Shown one piece after another: positions 48,829-58,963 of a stretch of 64,000 nt of DNA. Below the pieces are notes generated by a model, which had not been told where the DNA came from, ran no database searches, and was given only the letters and a program-made list of their open reading frames with translations. Source of the stretch: Chloroflexota bacterium (GTDB taxonomy: Bacteria > Chloroflexota > Anaerolineae > UBA4142). Location of the stretch: the NCBI GenBank assembly GCA_016215025.1, contig JACRMI010000010.1, positions 12,331 through 76,330 of the forward strand. Reading direction: 5' to 3'. Position 1 is the first letter of the stretch. The number at the start of each line of letters is the position of its first letter. The translations under genes were made by a program, and so were the position numbers.

Positions 48829-49521
48829 ATGTCAACAATCGTATCCGATCTGAGGACGCGCACGCGTCAAGTGCTGGTGCTGCGATTCACCGGCGCAGAG
48901 CGCACCGCGCATTGGGTTCACTTTGTCGCGTTCACCGTTCTGCTTGGCACCGGCTTGTTCATCTATGTTCCCTGGTTCAAGCCATTCACCATCGGTGAAG
49001 CAGGGGAAGCGGCGCGACTGGCGCATCGCGCGGCAGCCGTCGCGTTCATGATCGCGCCCATCATCTATCTCGTCTTTTCACCGCGCGAGTTTTTCTACTC
49101 GCTCAAAGAATCGTTTACCTGGGGCAAAGACGATTGGAGCTGGCTGCAAAATGCGTGGCACTATTACTCCCGCGGTCATAATGGCAACATGACACCGCAG
49201 GGCAAGTACAACGCCGGGCAAAAATTCAACGCGCTGACCCAAATCGTCACGTTCGTCTTGTTCGTCATCACGGGCTTTGTGATGTGGTTTGGTAAAGGCA
49301 GTGTCTCCCCTGATGTTTTCATGTGGAGCGTTCTCGTCCACGATCTCTCGGTTATCGCGACGGTGTTGCTGTTCATGCTGCATCTCTATCTCGTCGCGGT
49401 GCATCCGCTGATGCGCGAATCCATCACCGCGATGTTTGAAGGCACGGTGACGGAAGAGTTCGCCAAAGAACATCACGGCAAGTGGTTGGTCGAACGAGTG
49501 TATCGAAAGAGAGAAAAGTAG
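48829..49521 (+). CDS. fdnI: Formate dehydrogenase-N cytochrome b556 (gamma) subunit
   Basis: 230 aa, 4 TM, His ligands; GGAGA RBS. Confidence 0.85.
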   Translation: MSTIVSDLRTRTRQVLVLRFTGAERTAHWVHFVAFTVLLGTGLFIYVPWFKPFTIGEAGEAARLAHRAAAVAFMIAPIIYLVFSPREFFYSLKESFTWGKDDWSWLQNAWHYYSRGHNGNMTPQGKYNAGQKFNALTQIVTFVLFVITGFVMWFGKGSVSPDVFMWSVLVHDLSVIATVLLFMLHLYLVAVHPLMRESITAMFEGTVTEEFAKEHHGKWLVERVYRKREK

Positions 49522-49529
49522 AGTAAAAC

Positions 49530-49578
49530 GCAAAACGTGAAGCGTGATGTGTCATGCACATTGCGCTTCACGTTTTGC
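49530..49578. repeat. Perfect 15-bp-stem hairpin GCAAAACGTGAAGCG-N19-CGCTTCACGTTTTGC
   Basis: Directly after the fdnI stop. The loop is itself palindromic (ATGTG...CACAT). No T-run follows. Confidence 0.8.
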
Positions 49579-49621
49579 ATAGTTGTAGCGCGGGCGACTT
49601 GCCCGCCCATCGGAGATTTGT

Positions 49622-50389
49622 TTGATCGAAAAAGAAACTTTAGCTGTCTTGCGAGTGCAGCGCGCGCGCCATCTCGACATTGCCGATACTATCGACTTGC
49701 ACATTGCGATTCTCGGAGCGAGCGCGTCTCTCGAAATTTCCGTACCTCCTCCTCCGCACGATGCAAACGAAAGATTGTCACTTGGACAGCCGCTCTTACG
49801 CGCGGACGAGTTGTCGATTGATTGGACTGCGGCGACCAAGTTTTTGCAAAACCTCTGCGCGATCTTTGCACATAATTATCCGAATTTGGCCACTGACCTC
49901 GAAGAAATCGCACGTGAATTCGCAACGCCGACGGCGACGGAAGAAATCGTGCGCGAATGGTGGATCGACCCGGAGCGAAAATCCTTGACGTCGGTTGTGC
50001 TTTACAATGTGATGCGCCCGGTCTTGTCGGCGTATGCGCGCGCGTGGGTAGCGTGCGTAGGCGAGTGGCAGCATTCGACGTGTCCTATTTGCGGCGGCGT
50101 AACCGATTTTGCGGCGTTAGCCGTCAGTTCAGGTGCGCGACGTATGCTTTGCTCGCAGTGCAACTTTGAATGGGACTCGACACGCGTGGGGTGTCCATTT
50201 TGCGATGCAGACCAGCTCGCGTATTTTGCAACGCGCAGCGGGGCGTATCGATTGTATGTGTGTGATCGATGTAAGCGATATTTAAAGACCATCGATCTGC
50301 GCGAACTGGCGCGCGACGCGAATTTACCCGCCGAACGCGTTCTGACAATTGCGCTCGATCGGGCTGCACATCAAGCTGGGTATCGTTAG
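49622..50389 (+). CDS. fdhE: Formate dehydrogenase accessory protein FdhE
   Basis: Four CxxC pairs (CPICGG, CSQCNFEW, CPFCDA, CDRCKRYLK) in FdhE spacing. Confidence 0.85.
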   Translation: MIEKETLAVLRVQRARHLDIADTIDLHIAILGASASLEISVPPPPHDANERLSLGQPLLRADELSIDWTAATKFLQNLCAIFAHNYPNLATDLEEIAREFATPTATEEIVREWWIDPERKSLTSVVLYNVMRPVLSAYARAWVACVGEWQHSTCPICGGVTDFAALAVSSGARRMLCSQCNFEWDSTRVGCPFCDADQLAYFATRSGAYRLYVCDRCKRYLKTIDLRELARDANLPAERVLTIALDRAAHQAGYR

Positions 50390-50424
50390 TTTGTCCAACA
50401 GGTCATTATGGATATAATCAAATC

Positions 50425-50766
50425 ATGCATGAATTAGGAATCGCCCAAGAAATGCTCAAGGTCGCGCTTGAATATGCGACCAAAAATAATGCGTCGCACA
50501 TCACGCAATTCAGCGTCGCCATGAGCGCTGCCGCCGACGAGAGCGAAGAGTCGCTGAAATTTCATTTCGAACATGTGACGCGCGGTACCATCGCCGAAGG
50601 CGCGCGCGTCGACATCACGCGTGTCCCTGTTCCTGTCAAATGTTTGGAATGTGGAAACGATTTTGAGTGGACACCGGAATTGATCGCTTGTCCCAAATGC
50701 GCCAGTCCACGCATTCGCGCATTGCCTCAAGATGAGTTCAAGTTAACGAGCATCGAAGTAGAATAG
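50425..50766 (+). CDS. hypA: Hydrogenase nickel-insertion protein HypA
   Basis: 113 aa. MHELGIAQEML N-terminus and a CxxC...CxxC zinc site. Confidence 0.9.
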   Translation: MHELGIAQEMLKVALEYATKNNASHITQFSVAMSAAADESEESLKFHFEHVTRGTIAEGARVDITRVPVPVKCLECGNDFEWTPELIACPKCASPRIRALPQDEFKLTSIEVE

Positions 50767-50775
50767 GAAGAATGA

Positions 50776-53250
50776 ATGCCGATTCGCAAGATTCACGTGA
50801 CCGGCATTGTTCAAGGCGTTGGGTTTCGCCCCTTCGTCTACCAAATCGCGACGCGTGCCAAGTTGCATGGCTGGGTCGTGAATACCTCTGCCGGCGTCGA
50901 AATTGAAATTGAAGGCGATACGGCGACGCTGGACGATTTCCTCCGTGCGCTCACCCACGATAAACCGCCTCTTGCTCGAATCGATTCAATCAACGTCGTA
51001 GACCTCCCCACAAATGGTCATGAGCGATTTGATCGATTTGAAATCCGCGAGAGTGTTGCGCTCGCTGGTGCGTTCCAGCCCATCTCGCCCGATATTTCGA
51101 TTTGCCCCGATTGCCTCCGCGAGCTTTTCGATCCGAACGACCGCCGCTATCTTTATCCGTTTATCAACTGCACCAATTGTGGCCCGCGCTTTACGATCAT
51201 CGAAGACATTCCGTATGACCGTCCCAAGACGACGATGAAGACATTTCCGATGTGCGATGATTGCGCACGCGAATACCACGACCCACTGAATCGACGTTTT
51301 CACGCGCAGCCGGTCGCGTGTCCGAAATGTGGTCCAAAAGTTTGGCTGGAAAACAATTCTCAATCCCAGACGGCGGATTACGTTCTACGTTTTACGCATC
51401 ACGCATCACGTGTTACGAATCACGATGCAATCGCCGCAACACAGGAGTTGCTGAATGACGGAGCGATCGTCGCCATCAAAGGTCTCGGCGGCTTTCATCT
51501 CGCCTGCGATGCGACGAATGCCAACGCGGTTTCCGAACTGCGTCGCCGAAAACTTCGCGTCGATAAACCCTTTGCGCTAATGATGCCGGACCTTGCGACC
51601 GTTGAGCAGCATTGCTTTGTCGACGCCGATGAGCGCGCATTGCTCGAATCACACGAACGACCGATTGTACTCTTGCACCGCCGTCCCGATTCTCTTATCG
51701 CCGACCAAGTCGCGCCGAACAATCATTTCCTGGGTGTGATGCTGCCATACACGCCACTGCATTACCTGCTGATGAATAATTCGCCATCAGCTACCAGCTA
51801 TCAGCTATCCGCTTTGGTCATGACCAGCGGCAACCTCAGCGAAGAACCTATCGCTAGCGACAACGACGATGCGCGCGAACGTCTGTCATCGCTCGCTGAT
51901 GCTTTTCTCATGCACGACCGCGACATCCGTACTCGCTGCGACGATTCCGTCATGCGTGTACTCTCTGTTCCGCTTAATGTTCGTTCAGCCACAGAGAACA
52001 CCGAGATCACAGAGAAAACAAATCAACTGAACACTGAAAACTGTTCACTGAATACGGTTCACCGTTCACTGTTCACTGCCCGAAGGGACTATCCACTAAG
52101 ACGTTCTCGCGGCTACGCTCCGTTCCCAGTCCATCTTCCTTTCGATGCGCCGCCCATGCTTGCGACCGGCGCAGAACTCAAGAATACGTTTTGCATCACG
52201 CGTGACCGCTATGCTTTTCTCAGTCATCACATTGGCGATTTGGAAAATTACGAAACGCTGAAATCGTTTGAGGATGGCGTTGCACATTTCGAGCGGTTGT
52301 TCCGCGCGCAGCCGCAACTCATCGCGTACGACTTGCATCCGAACTATCTCGCTACCCGCTATGCGCTTGACCGTGCCGAACGAGAGCGAGTGCCTGCGAT
52401 TGGCGTTCAACATCATCATGCGCACATCGCCGCCTGCATGGTCGAGAACGGCTTGAGCGGTGAGCGTTCCGTGATCGGCGTTGCATTCGATGGCACGGGT
52501 TACGGCGACGATGGCGCAATTTGGGGCGGCGAATTCCTAATTGCCGATTACCGAAATTACCGCCGCGCTTTTCATCTTGATTACGTTCCCTTGCCCGGCG
52601 GTGATAAAGCTGTGCGCGAACCCTGGCGCATCGCTTTGGCTTGGTTACACAAGGCGAAAATCGAATGGTCGAACGATTTAGCGTGCGTGTGCGCCGCCGA
52701 CGAACAGACGCGACACGTTGTACGCAACCAAATCGAACGTAGCACGAATGCGCCGTTGACATCGAGCATGGGACGATTGTTTGATGCGGTCGCGGCACTC
52801 GCGGGCGTACGGGAGACAGTCAACTATGAAGCGCAAGCCGCTATCGAATTTGAAAATCAGTATTCAGTAATCAGTAATCAGTTTTCAGATCAAGAGGACA
52901 ATTACCAATTACCAATTACCAATTCAAGAACCATCGATCCCATTCCAATGATTCAATCTGTCGTCGCGGATGTCCGTGCGGGCGTGACTATCGGCGAAAT
53001 ATCGGCGCGGTTTCATGGCGGTGTTGCGGCGATGGTGCATGATGTCTGCGTAACGTTGCGTGAGCGCGAGGAATTGAACGAGGTCGCGTTGAGCGGTGGC
53101 GTGTGGCAGAACATGACGCTGCTCGCAAAAACAATTGAGTTGTTGCAGGGCGACGGTTTCACGGTTTACATCCATCGCCAAGTTCCAACGAACGACGGCG
53201 GCTTGGCGCTGGGGCAAGCGGCGATTGCAGCAAAGAAATTCATGATTTAG
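50776..53250 (+). CDS. hypF: Carbamoyltransferase HypF (with three in-frame simple-repeat insertions)
   Basis: Acylphosphatase, two zinc fingers, and YrdC and Kae1-like domains are all present. The protein is 824 aa, compared with about 750 aa for E. coli HypF. Confidence 0.9.
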   Translation: MPIRKIHVTGIVQGVGFRPFVYQIATRAKLHGWVVNTSAGVEIEIEGDTATLDDFLRALTHDKPPLARIDSINVVDLPTNGHERFDRFEIRESVALAGAFQPISPDISICPDCLRELFDPNDRRYLYPFINCTNCGPRFTIIEDIPYDRPKTTMKTFPMCDDCAREYHDPLNRRFHAQPVACPKCGPKVWLENNSQSQTADYVLRFTHHASRVTNHDAIAATQELLNDGAIVAIKGLGGFHLACDATNANAVSELRRRKLRVDKPFALMMPDLATVEQHCFVDADERALLESHERPIVLLHRRPDSLIADQVAPNNHFLGVMLPYTPLHYLLMNNSPSATSYQLSALVMTSGNLSEEPIASDNDDARERLSSLADAFLMHDRDIRTRCDDSVMRVLSVPLNVRSATENTEITEKTNQLNTENCSLNTVHRSLFTARRDYPLRRSRGYAPFPVHLPFDAPPMLATGAELKNTFCITRDRYAFLSHHIGDLENYETLKSFEDGVAHFERLFRAQPQLIAYDLHPNYLATRYALDRAERERVPAIGVQHHHAHIAACMVENGLSGERSVIGVAFDGTGYGDDGAIWGGEFLIADYRNYRRAFHLDYVPLPGGDKAVREPWRIALAWLHKAKIEWSNDLACVCAADEQTRHVVRNQIERSTNAPLTSSMGRLFDAVAALAGVRETVNYEAQAAIEFENQYSVISNQFSDQEDNYQLPITNSRTIDPIPMIQSVVADVRAGVTIGEISARFHGGVAAMVHDVCVTLREREELNEVALSGGVWQNMTLLAKTIELLQGDGFTVYIHRQVPTNDGGLALGQAAIAAKKFMI

Positions 53251-53283
53251 GATTTCTGATTTATGATTTACTCATCTTGCGGG

Positions 53284-53357
53284 TTGTCATTTCGAGCGAA
53301 GCGAGAAATCTCACCAGACGTACAGATTTCTCCTCACTCCGTTCGTCGAAATGACAC
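53284..53357. repeat. Hairpin repeat TGTCATTTCGAGCGAAGCGAGAAATC...GTTCGTCGAAATGACA (family copy 4), nested inside a GATTT/AAATC palindrome
   Basis: In the hypF-hypC gap. The flanks GATTTCTGATTTATGATTT ... AAATCATAAATCATAATTCAGAAATC are themselves inverted. Confidence 0.85.
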
Positions 53358-53409
53358 TGTACGAACAAAATCATAAATCATAATTCAGAAATCTGAAATT
53401 GGAGGATAT

Positions 53410-53667
53410 ATGTGTCTAGGCGTTCCGGGTAAGGTCGTTGAAATATACGAAGCCGGCGGCTTGAAAATGGGCAAGGTCGATTTTGGCGGTGTGACGCGCG
53501 AGGCATGTCTTGCCTACGTGCCCGATATTCAAGTCGGCGAATATACTGTCATCCATGTCGGCTTTGCGATCAATCGGCTCGACGAAGCCGAAGCGCAAGA
53601 GTCGCTCGCACTGTTGCAAGAGATTATAAATCTCGAAGATGAATTGGGACCTAGCGAATCTTCTTGA
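53410..53667 (+). CDS. hypC: Hydrogenase maturation factor HypC
   Basis: MCLGVPGKVVEI N-terminus. Confidence 0.9.
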   Translation: MCLGVPGKVVEIYEAGGLKMGKVDFGGVTREACLAYVPDIQVGEYTVIHVGFAINRLDEAEAQESLALLQEIINLEDELGPSESS

Positions 53668-53783
53668 TTGTCATGCTGAGCGGAGCGAAGCATCTCTCAA
53701 TTTAGCGTGGCGAGATGCTTCGTCGCAATCCTTCGACTCCGTCGTTCTGCGACTTTGCTCAAGATGCTCCTCAGCATGACAAG
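53668..53783. repeat. Hairpin repeat TTGTCATGCTGAGCGGAGCGAAGCATCTC...GATGCTCCTCAGCATGACAA (family copy 5, longest)
   Basis: Begins the nucleotide after the hypC stop and ends about 20 nt before the hypD start. Confidence 0.85.
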
Positions 53784-53801
53784 ACCTAGATGGGAGATGG
53801 C

Positions 53802-54896
53802 ATGAAGTACGTCACCGAATATCGTGACGCAAAGCTCGTGCAAGGTGTCATCGAAGAAATAAAGCGCATCGTTACGCGCCAATGGGTCATCATGGAAATT
53901 TGCGGCGGGCAGACCCACGCGATTGTTCGTCACGGCATCGATCAACTCTTGCCGAAAGAAATCGAACTCGTGCATGGACCCGGCTGTCCCGTTTGCGTCA
54001 CGCCATTGGAATTGATCGACAAGGCGCTGGCGATTGCATCGCGCTCTGATGTCATCTTCACTTCGTATGGCGATATGCTGCGCGTGCCCGGTAGCGGTCG
54101 CGATTTGTTTTCGGTGCGTGCGTCCGGCGGCGATGTGCGCGTCGTTTATTCGCCTCTCGACGCGGTGAAAATCGCGCAGCAAAATCCCGACAAGCAAGTG
54201 GTCTTCTTTGCGATTGGATTTGAGACGACCGCGCCGCCCAATGTGATGAGCGTGATGCAAGCGAAACAACTCGGCGTCAAGAATTATTCGGTCTTGGTCT
54301 CGCATGTGTGCGTGCCACCAGCGATGCACGCCATCCTGGGTTCGCCATCCAATCGCGTGCAAGGATTTTTGCTCGCGGGTCACGTCTGCGCGGTGATGGG
54401 CTATTGGGAATATCCGCCGCTCGCAAAAAAGTACGGCGTGCCGATGGCGGTCACGGGATTCGAGCCGCTCGACATTGCGCAAGGCATTTTGACGGTGACG
54501 CGCGCGCTCGAAGAGGGACGCATCGAAGTTGAAAACGCGTACCCGCGTACCGTGACATTCGATGGAAACAAGCCCGCGCAGCAAATGATCGACAAGGTGT
54601 TTATGCAATGCGACCGCAAGTGGCGCGGCATCGGCGCAATTCCGATGAGCGGTTGGTGTCTGCGTCCCGAGTTCGCCGCGTTCAACGCGGAGAAACGTTT
54701 TGACGTGGGCGAGATTCAGACGAACGAATCGCCGCTGTGCATCGCGGGGAAAATTTTGCAGGGACTGAGCAAGCCACACGATTGTAGCGCGTTTGGAACG
54801 CAATGTACGCCCGAACGTCCACTCGGCGCGACGATGGTTTCCGCGGAAGGAGCGTGCGCGGCGTACTACAAGTATGGAAGGCATGAGATTGCCTGA
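53802..54896 (+). CDS. hypD: Hydrogenase maturation factor HypD
   Basis: MKYVTEYRD start with [21 protein letters not shown] and FETT motifs. Confidence 0.9.
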   Translation: MKYVTEYRDAKLVQGVIEEIKRIVTRQWVIMEICGGQTHAIVRHGIDQLLPKEIELVHGPGCPVCVTPLELIDKALAIASRSDVIFTSYGDMLRVPGSGRDLFSVRASGGDVRVVYSPLDAVKIAQQNPDKQVVFFAIGFETTAPPNVMSVMQAKQLGVKNYSVLVSHVCVPPAMHAILGSPSNRVQGFLLAGHVCAVMGYWEYPPLAKKYGVPMAVTGFEPLDIAQGILTVTRALEEGRIEVENAYPRTVTFDGNKPAQQMIDKVFMQCDRKWRGIGAIPMSGWCLRPEFAAFNAEKRFDVGEIQTNESPLCIAGKILQGLSKPHDCSAFGTQCTPERPLGATMVSAEGACAAYYKYGRHEIA

Positions 54897-55131
54897 AACA
54901 AAAACGGCGCGGGAAATGCTCCCGCGCCGTTTCAATTCATATGCCGACAGCAGAGCTAGATCACGGTTTAACTGTCGGCGTCGCGCGTGGAGGGTTTATC
55001 AATTCAGGCGTGGGAGCAAGATTTTGCTTGGGCGTGGCAAATGCTAGAAAATGCCGCACGTGCGAAGCGCAGTCCCGTCAGTTCAGGTACACGCTTTGTT
55101 GGGCGGTGGCCGGTTGCAGACCAGTCATCGA

Positions 55132-55646
55132 CTAGCAGTCGAACACCGACCAGCAGATGTCGTTTCGCAGTCGCTGATCATCCAGGACAAGGTCGCGGAT
55201 CGCTGCCGGCAGCTGCTCGCGCTGCCACTGGCATTCCCGACGACCGGTGGACTCGCTCTCCCCCTCTGGCGCGGCTGCCCGCACAGCCTTGATTGCGTAA
55301 GCCGCAGCGCCGAGCTCGTGGGCGGCGACATGCGCCACGACTGCCGCCTGACCGGCAGCAAATGCGCATGCCGAGCGGCTCCGCTCAGCTCTCTTGCCGC
55401 AGCCATGGCATGTCCACCCGCCGCGCGGGACTGAGACATCGTGATCTTACCTCGCGTCCAAGCGCGTGCCAATTCGATGGCTCGACGCGGTCGGTCGTCA
55501 TGGGGTTGGATTTCTTCGAACAAGTGCAACACATGCTGTGCGCAATCGGCCGCCCATACCGCAAGCAGGTGATGATCGGAGTCTTGGAGGGTGCCGCCGC
55601 GACGCACCGTGATGAACCTGGGGTCTCGCTTCTTTGGTAATATCAT
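55132..55646 (-). pseudogene. Frameshifted helical (HEAT-like, putative immunity-protein-family) gene remnant in a high-GC patch
   Basis: The N-terminal part (55646 to about 55400, ...LLAVWAADCAQHVLHLFEEIQPHDDRPRRAIELARAWTRG...) and the C-terminal part (55338..55132, ...AHVAAHELGAAAYAIKAVRAA...LPAAIRDLVLDD) are in different frames of the same strand. The tail of the long ORF is low-complexity. Confidence 0.4.
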
Positions 55647-55911
55647 TCGTCAGTTCCTACGCGTTCCCTCTGCCCAACTATTGCTTATACGGAAAGATTC
55701 CGTATAATACGCCGTACAGGGATGTTTTGCGGAAACTTTCCACCTAATTGCTTTTATCTGAAAACAGTATAAGCCAAAGCACTTCACTGTCAAATCTTTT
55801 CCTGGGAGAATACCCTGGAACAACATCCTCCGCGACTCATGGACCAGGTTCGCAAAGTATTCTCGCTCTATCATTATTCCTCCGAAACCGACAGGAAAAG
55901 TTTTCCAAACT

Positions 55912-56973
55912 ATGAAAAATCTTCCTCTCGTCGATTCGCATCTCGACCTAGCAGAAAACGTGACGCTGTTTGGATGCGACCTCACGTTAAGCGTGGCTGA
56001 ACGCCGCGCGCGAGAAAAACGCTCGACGGGTCAAGCGACCGTTTCGTTGCCCGAACTTGAGCGCGGCGGTATCGCCGTTGTCATTGCCACTGTGACCCCA
56101 GGTTTCCTTGCGGCAGATGTCGGCGCAGACTTTGAGCCGCGCTCGGCGCTTTACCATACCGCAGAGCAAGCCGAAGCGCAGGCGCTGTCTCAAATCGATT
56201 TGTACGAGTCGTGGGAAAAGCAAGGACGCGTCCGCTTGCTCAAATCGGTGATCGATCTAGAGCATCACTTGCAATTGTGGCAAGCTGATCGCAAGCCAGG
56301 ACTCGTCATGCTCATGGAAGGCGCAGACCCCATCGTTCACGTTGGCGATTTGCCGAAATGGTGGCAGCGCGGTCTGCGCATGATCGGGTTGACGTACGGC
56401 GATACAAAATATGGCGCAGGCGTCCGCGGCGGCAGTTTGAATTTTCGACACGGTGGATTGACGCCGGACGGTTTTGAGTTGTTGAAGAGCATGGCTGACC
56501 TGGGATTCATCTGGGACATCTCGCATCTCGCCGAAGAGGGCATATGGCAAGGGTTGGACATGAACTTTCCGCGCGTTTGCGCGTCCCATGCAAATGTTCG
56601 CGCGTTGACGCCCACCGACCGCCATTTGAGCGATGATGTCATTCGCGCTATCGGTCAATGCGGTGGCGTAATTGGTCTCGTGCTTTATAACAGCTTTATC
56701 GAGCCGCGCTGGAAGCAAGATAAATCGATCGTCGTCACGCTCAACGACCTGGCACGGCATGCGAACCATATGGCAAGCGTCGGCGGCTGGAACCATGTTG
56801 GTATTGGATCGGATTTGGATGGCGGCTTTGGTCGAGAAGAATGCCCAATCGAAATCGATACAGTGGCTGACTTGAACAAGGTTGGCTCTGTTGTGCCGAC
56901 AGAATTTCGCGACGCGATTCTTAGCACGAACTGGCTAGATTTTCTCCGAGGCTCATTGCCAAATACTCCATAG
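55912..56973 (+). CDS. Membrane dipeptidase (peptidase M19 / renal dipeptidase family)
   Basis: GLTYGDTKYGAGV...GFIWDISHLAEE...HVGIGSDLDG motifs of the M19 amidohydrolase fold. Confidence 0.75.
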   Translation: MKNLPLVDSHLDLAENVTLFGCDLTLSVAERRAREKRSTGQATVSLPELERGGIAVVIATVTPGFLAADVGADFEPRSALYHTAEQAEAQALSQIDLYESWEKQGRVRLLKSVIDLEHHLQLWQADRKPGLVMLMEGADPIVHVGDLPKWWQRGLRMIGLTYGDTKYGAGVRGGSLNFRHGGLTPDGFELLKSMADLGFIWDISHLAEEGIWQGLDMNFPRVCASHANVRALTPTDRHLSDDVIRAIGQCGGVIGLVLYNSFIEPRWKQDKSIVVTLNDLARHANHMASVGGWNHVGIGSDLDGGFGREECPIEIDTVADLNKVGSVVPTEFRDAILSTNWLDFLRGSLPNTP

Positions 56974-57078
56974 TGATTCATATGCCAAAGATGATTTTCT
57001 TGCTGATTATTTCCTTTTCGATTATCAGCTGCTCACGAATCATGAATCACGAATTACGATTTGGAAAAAGGAAGATCA

Positions 57079-58149
57079 ATGTCTGAAATAACGCAACCCA
57101 TCGAAATGGAAGGTCCCGTTTGCCCGCTACCTCTTTCGCACGATGAGCAGATCGTGATGGGACACGGCAGCGGCGGAAAAATGTCGCATGACCTCATCGC
57201 CAAATATTTTGCGACCGCATTCGACAACCCCGCTTTGCGTGCAGGCGACGATGGCGCGGTGGTCAAGCCGAACGTTTGCGCGCGACTTGCCATCAGTACC
57301 GATTCGCATGTGGTCGCGCCGCTCTTTTTTCCCGGTGGCGACATCGGACGCTTGTCAGTTTGTGGCACTGTCAACGATGTAGCGATGATGGGCGCAACGC
57401 CACAGTTCTTGTCGGCGGGATTTATTTTGGAAGAAGGTCTCCCGCTGCAAACGCTCGCGCGTGTGATCGAATCGATGCGAGCGGCGGCGGAAGAAGCGGG
57501 GGTGCAAATCGTCGCGGGCGATACCAAGGTCGTGCAAAAAGGCAAAGCCGATGGTCTGTACATCAACACGACCGGCGTTGGTATGGTTGCCGATGGAATT
57601 GACATTCGTGGCGCAAATGCCAAGCCAGGCGATGTCGTCATTCTGTCGGGACCGATTGGCGACCACGGCATCGCGGTGTTGAGCGCGCGCGGCGAGCTGG
57701 GATTTGAAGCGGATGTGCAAAGCGATATTGCGCCGCTCAATCATCTCATCGAAAAAATCGTCAATACGACGGAGCACATTCACGTCCTGCGCGATCCTAC
57801 GCGCGGCGGCGTCGCCACGACGTTGAACGAAATCGCGCGCCAGTCGAAAGCCGGCATCGTCATTCAAGAAGATGCGATTCCAGTGCGACCAGCGGTCGCG
57901 GCGGCGTGCGAGATGCTCGGTTTCGATCCGCTCTATGTGGCGAACGAAGGCAAGGTCATCGTCATCGTCGCGCGACCAGATGCCGGCAAGGTGTTGAAAG
58001 CGATGCGCGCAACGCGCTATGGCGAAGAAGCGGTTGTCATCGGCGAGGTGCGCGCGGAGCCGGTGAATCGCGTGCTGATGAAAACACGCATTGGCAGCAC
58101 GCGCGTGGTCGATGTGTTGATGGGCGAAATGCTGCCGAGGATTTGTTGA
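57079..58149 (+). CDS. hypE: Hydrogenase maturation factor HypE
   Basis: PurM-like fold. The C-terminal ...MLPRIC is the conserved HypE cysteine tail. AAGGAAG RBS. Confidence 0.9.
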   Translation: MSEITQPIEMEGPVCPLPLSHDEQIVMGHGSGGKMSHDLIAKYFATAFDNPALRAGDDGAVVKPNVCARLAISTDSHVVAPLFFPGGDIGRLSVCGTVNDVAMMGATPQFLSAGFILEEGLPLQTLARVIESMRAAAEEAGVQIVAGDTKVVQKGKADGLYINTTGVGMVADGIDIRGANAKPGDVVILSGPIGDHGIAVLSARGELGFEADVQSDIAPLNHLIEKIVNTTEHIHVLRDPTRGGVATTLNEIARQSKAGIVIQEDAIPVRPAVAAACEMLGFDPLYVANEGKVIVIVARPDAGKVLKAMRATRYGEEAVVIGEVRAEPVNRVLMKTRIGSTRVVDVLMGEMLPRIC

Positions 58150-58267
58150 AAGTGTGTCGCACATGAAAATCGATTTGTGCATATGTCGCTTTATGGTATA
58201 ATCTTTTCGCCATTTTCCGTGAGCATCCCCTTGGCTCGCATGTCAGCTTTTAGGAGATCGAACCCGA

Positions 58268-58945
58268 ATGCAATTTAGAAATCTGGCGGCGCGATTCGCG
58301 CTTGGCTTGGTGCTTTTATCTGGCGCGCTAGCCTGTCGTATTACCGATGAGTTTATCGCCTCAAGTGCGCCAACACCCACTCGCACGCGCACACCTCGTC
58401 CCACCTTTACACCGATACCTTTACCAACTGAAACCTTTACGCCCGTACCCACGGTACCACCTCCGCCAACAAGTGCGCCCGTGCCAACGCGAACTCCGAC
58501 CCGTCGTCCAGCAACCGCTGTTCCCCGTCCACCGACGGCGGTGCCAGTGGTGGTCCAACCGACCGCAGTTCCAGGACCGACATCTTCTCCTTATCAATGG
58601 CACGCTAATCCTCCGGGTTGTGAACATGCCGGTGGCGTTTTTGTCAAAGCGCGCGTCTATGGCGACAAGAACAATCCCGATAGCGGTATGGAAGGAGTCA
58701 AGGTTGTGCTGGGTGGCAAAGACGGTGGACGATTTGATATTCCGCCAGTCACCACGTCGTGGGATGGCACATACTCGTTTACGCTTTCAGCGGACGGTGC
58801 GCCACCTTTCAAAGGCACGGTCTATGTCTGGCTGATCGATGGAAGCGGTAATCGTATGTCCGATATCGGCGGACCGATCAACTTTAATGGTTTGGGTCCC
58901 GATAATGGCGGGTGCTGGCACGGTTGGGTCGACTTTTGGCGTTAG
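58268..58945 (+). CDS. Secreted protein: signal peptide - Pro/Thr linker - beta-sandwich (CarboxypepD_reg-like) domain
   Basis: [44 protein letters not shown] linker. The C-terminal domain (GVKVVLGGKDGG...) is paralogous to 59551..60261. Confidence 0.55.
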   Translation: MQFRNLAARFALGLVLLSGALACRITDEFIASSAPTPTRTRTPRPTFTPIPLPTETFTPVPTVPPPPTSAPVPTRTPTRRPATAVPRPPTAVPVVVQPTAVPGPTSSPYQWHANPPGCEHAGGVFVKARVYGDKNNPDSGMEGVKVVLGGKDGGRFDIPPVTTSWDGTYSFTLSADGAPPFKGTVYVWLIDGSGNRMSDIGGPINFNGLGPDNGGCWHGWVDFWR

Positions 58946-58963
58946 CGATTTATGGAGGTCTCA

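Noticed and set aside
53697-54935. 412-aa minus-strand ORF
   Set aside because: Antisense to hypD. Its 3' part also runs through the hairpin repeat at 53668-53783.
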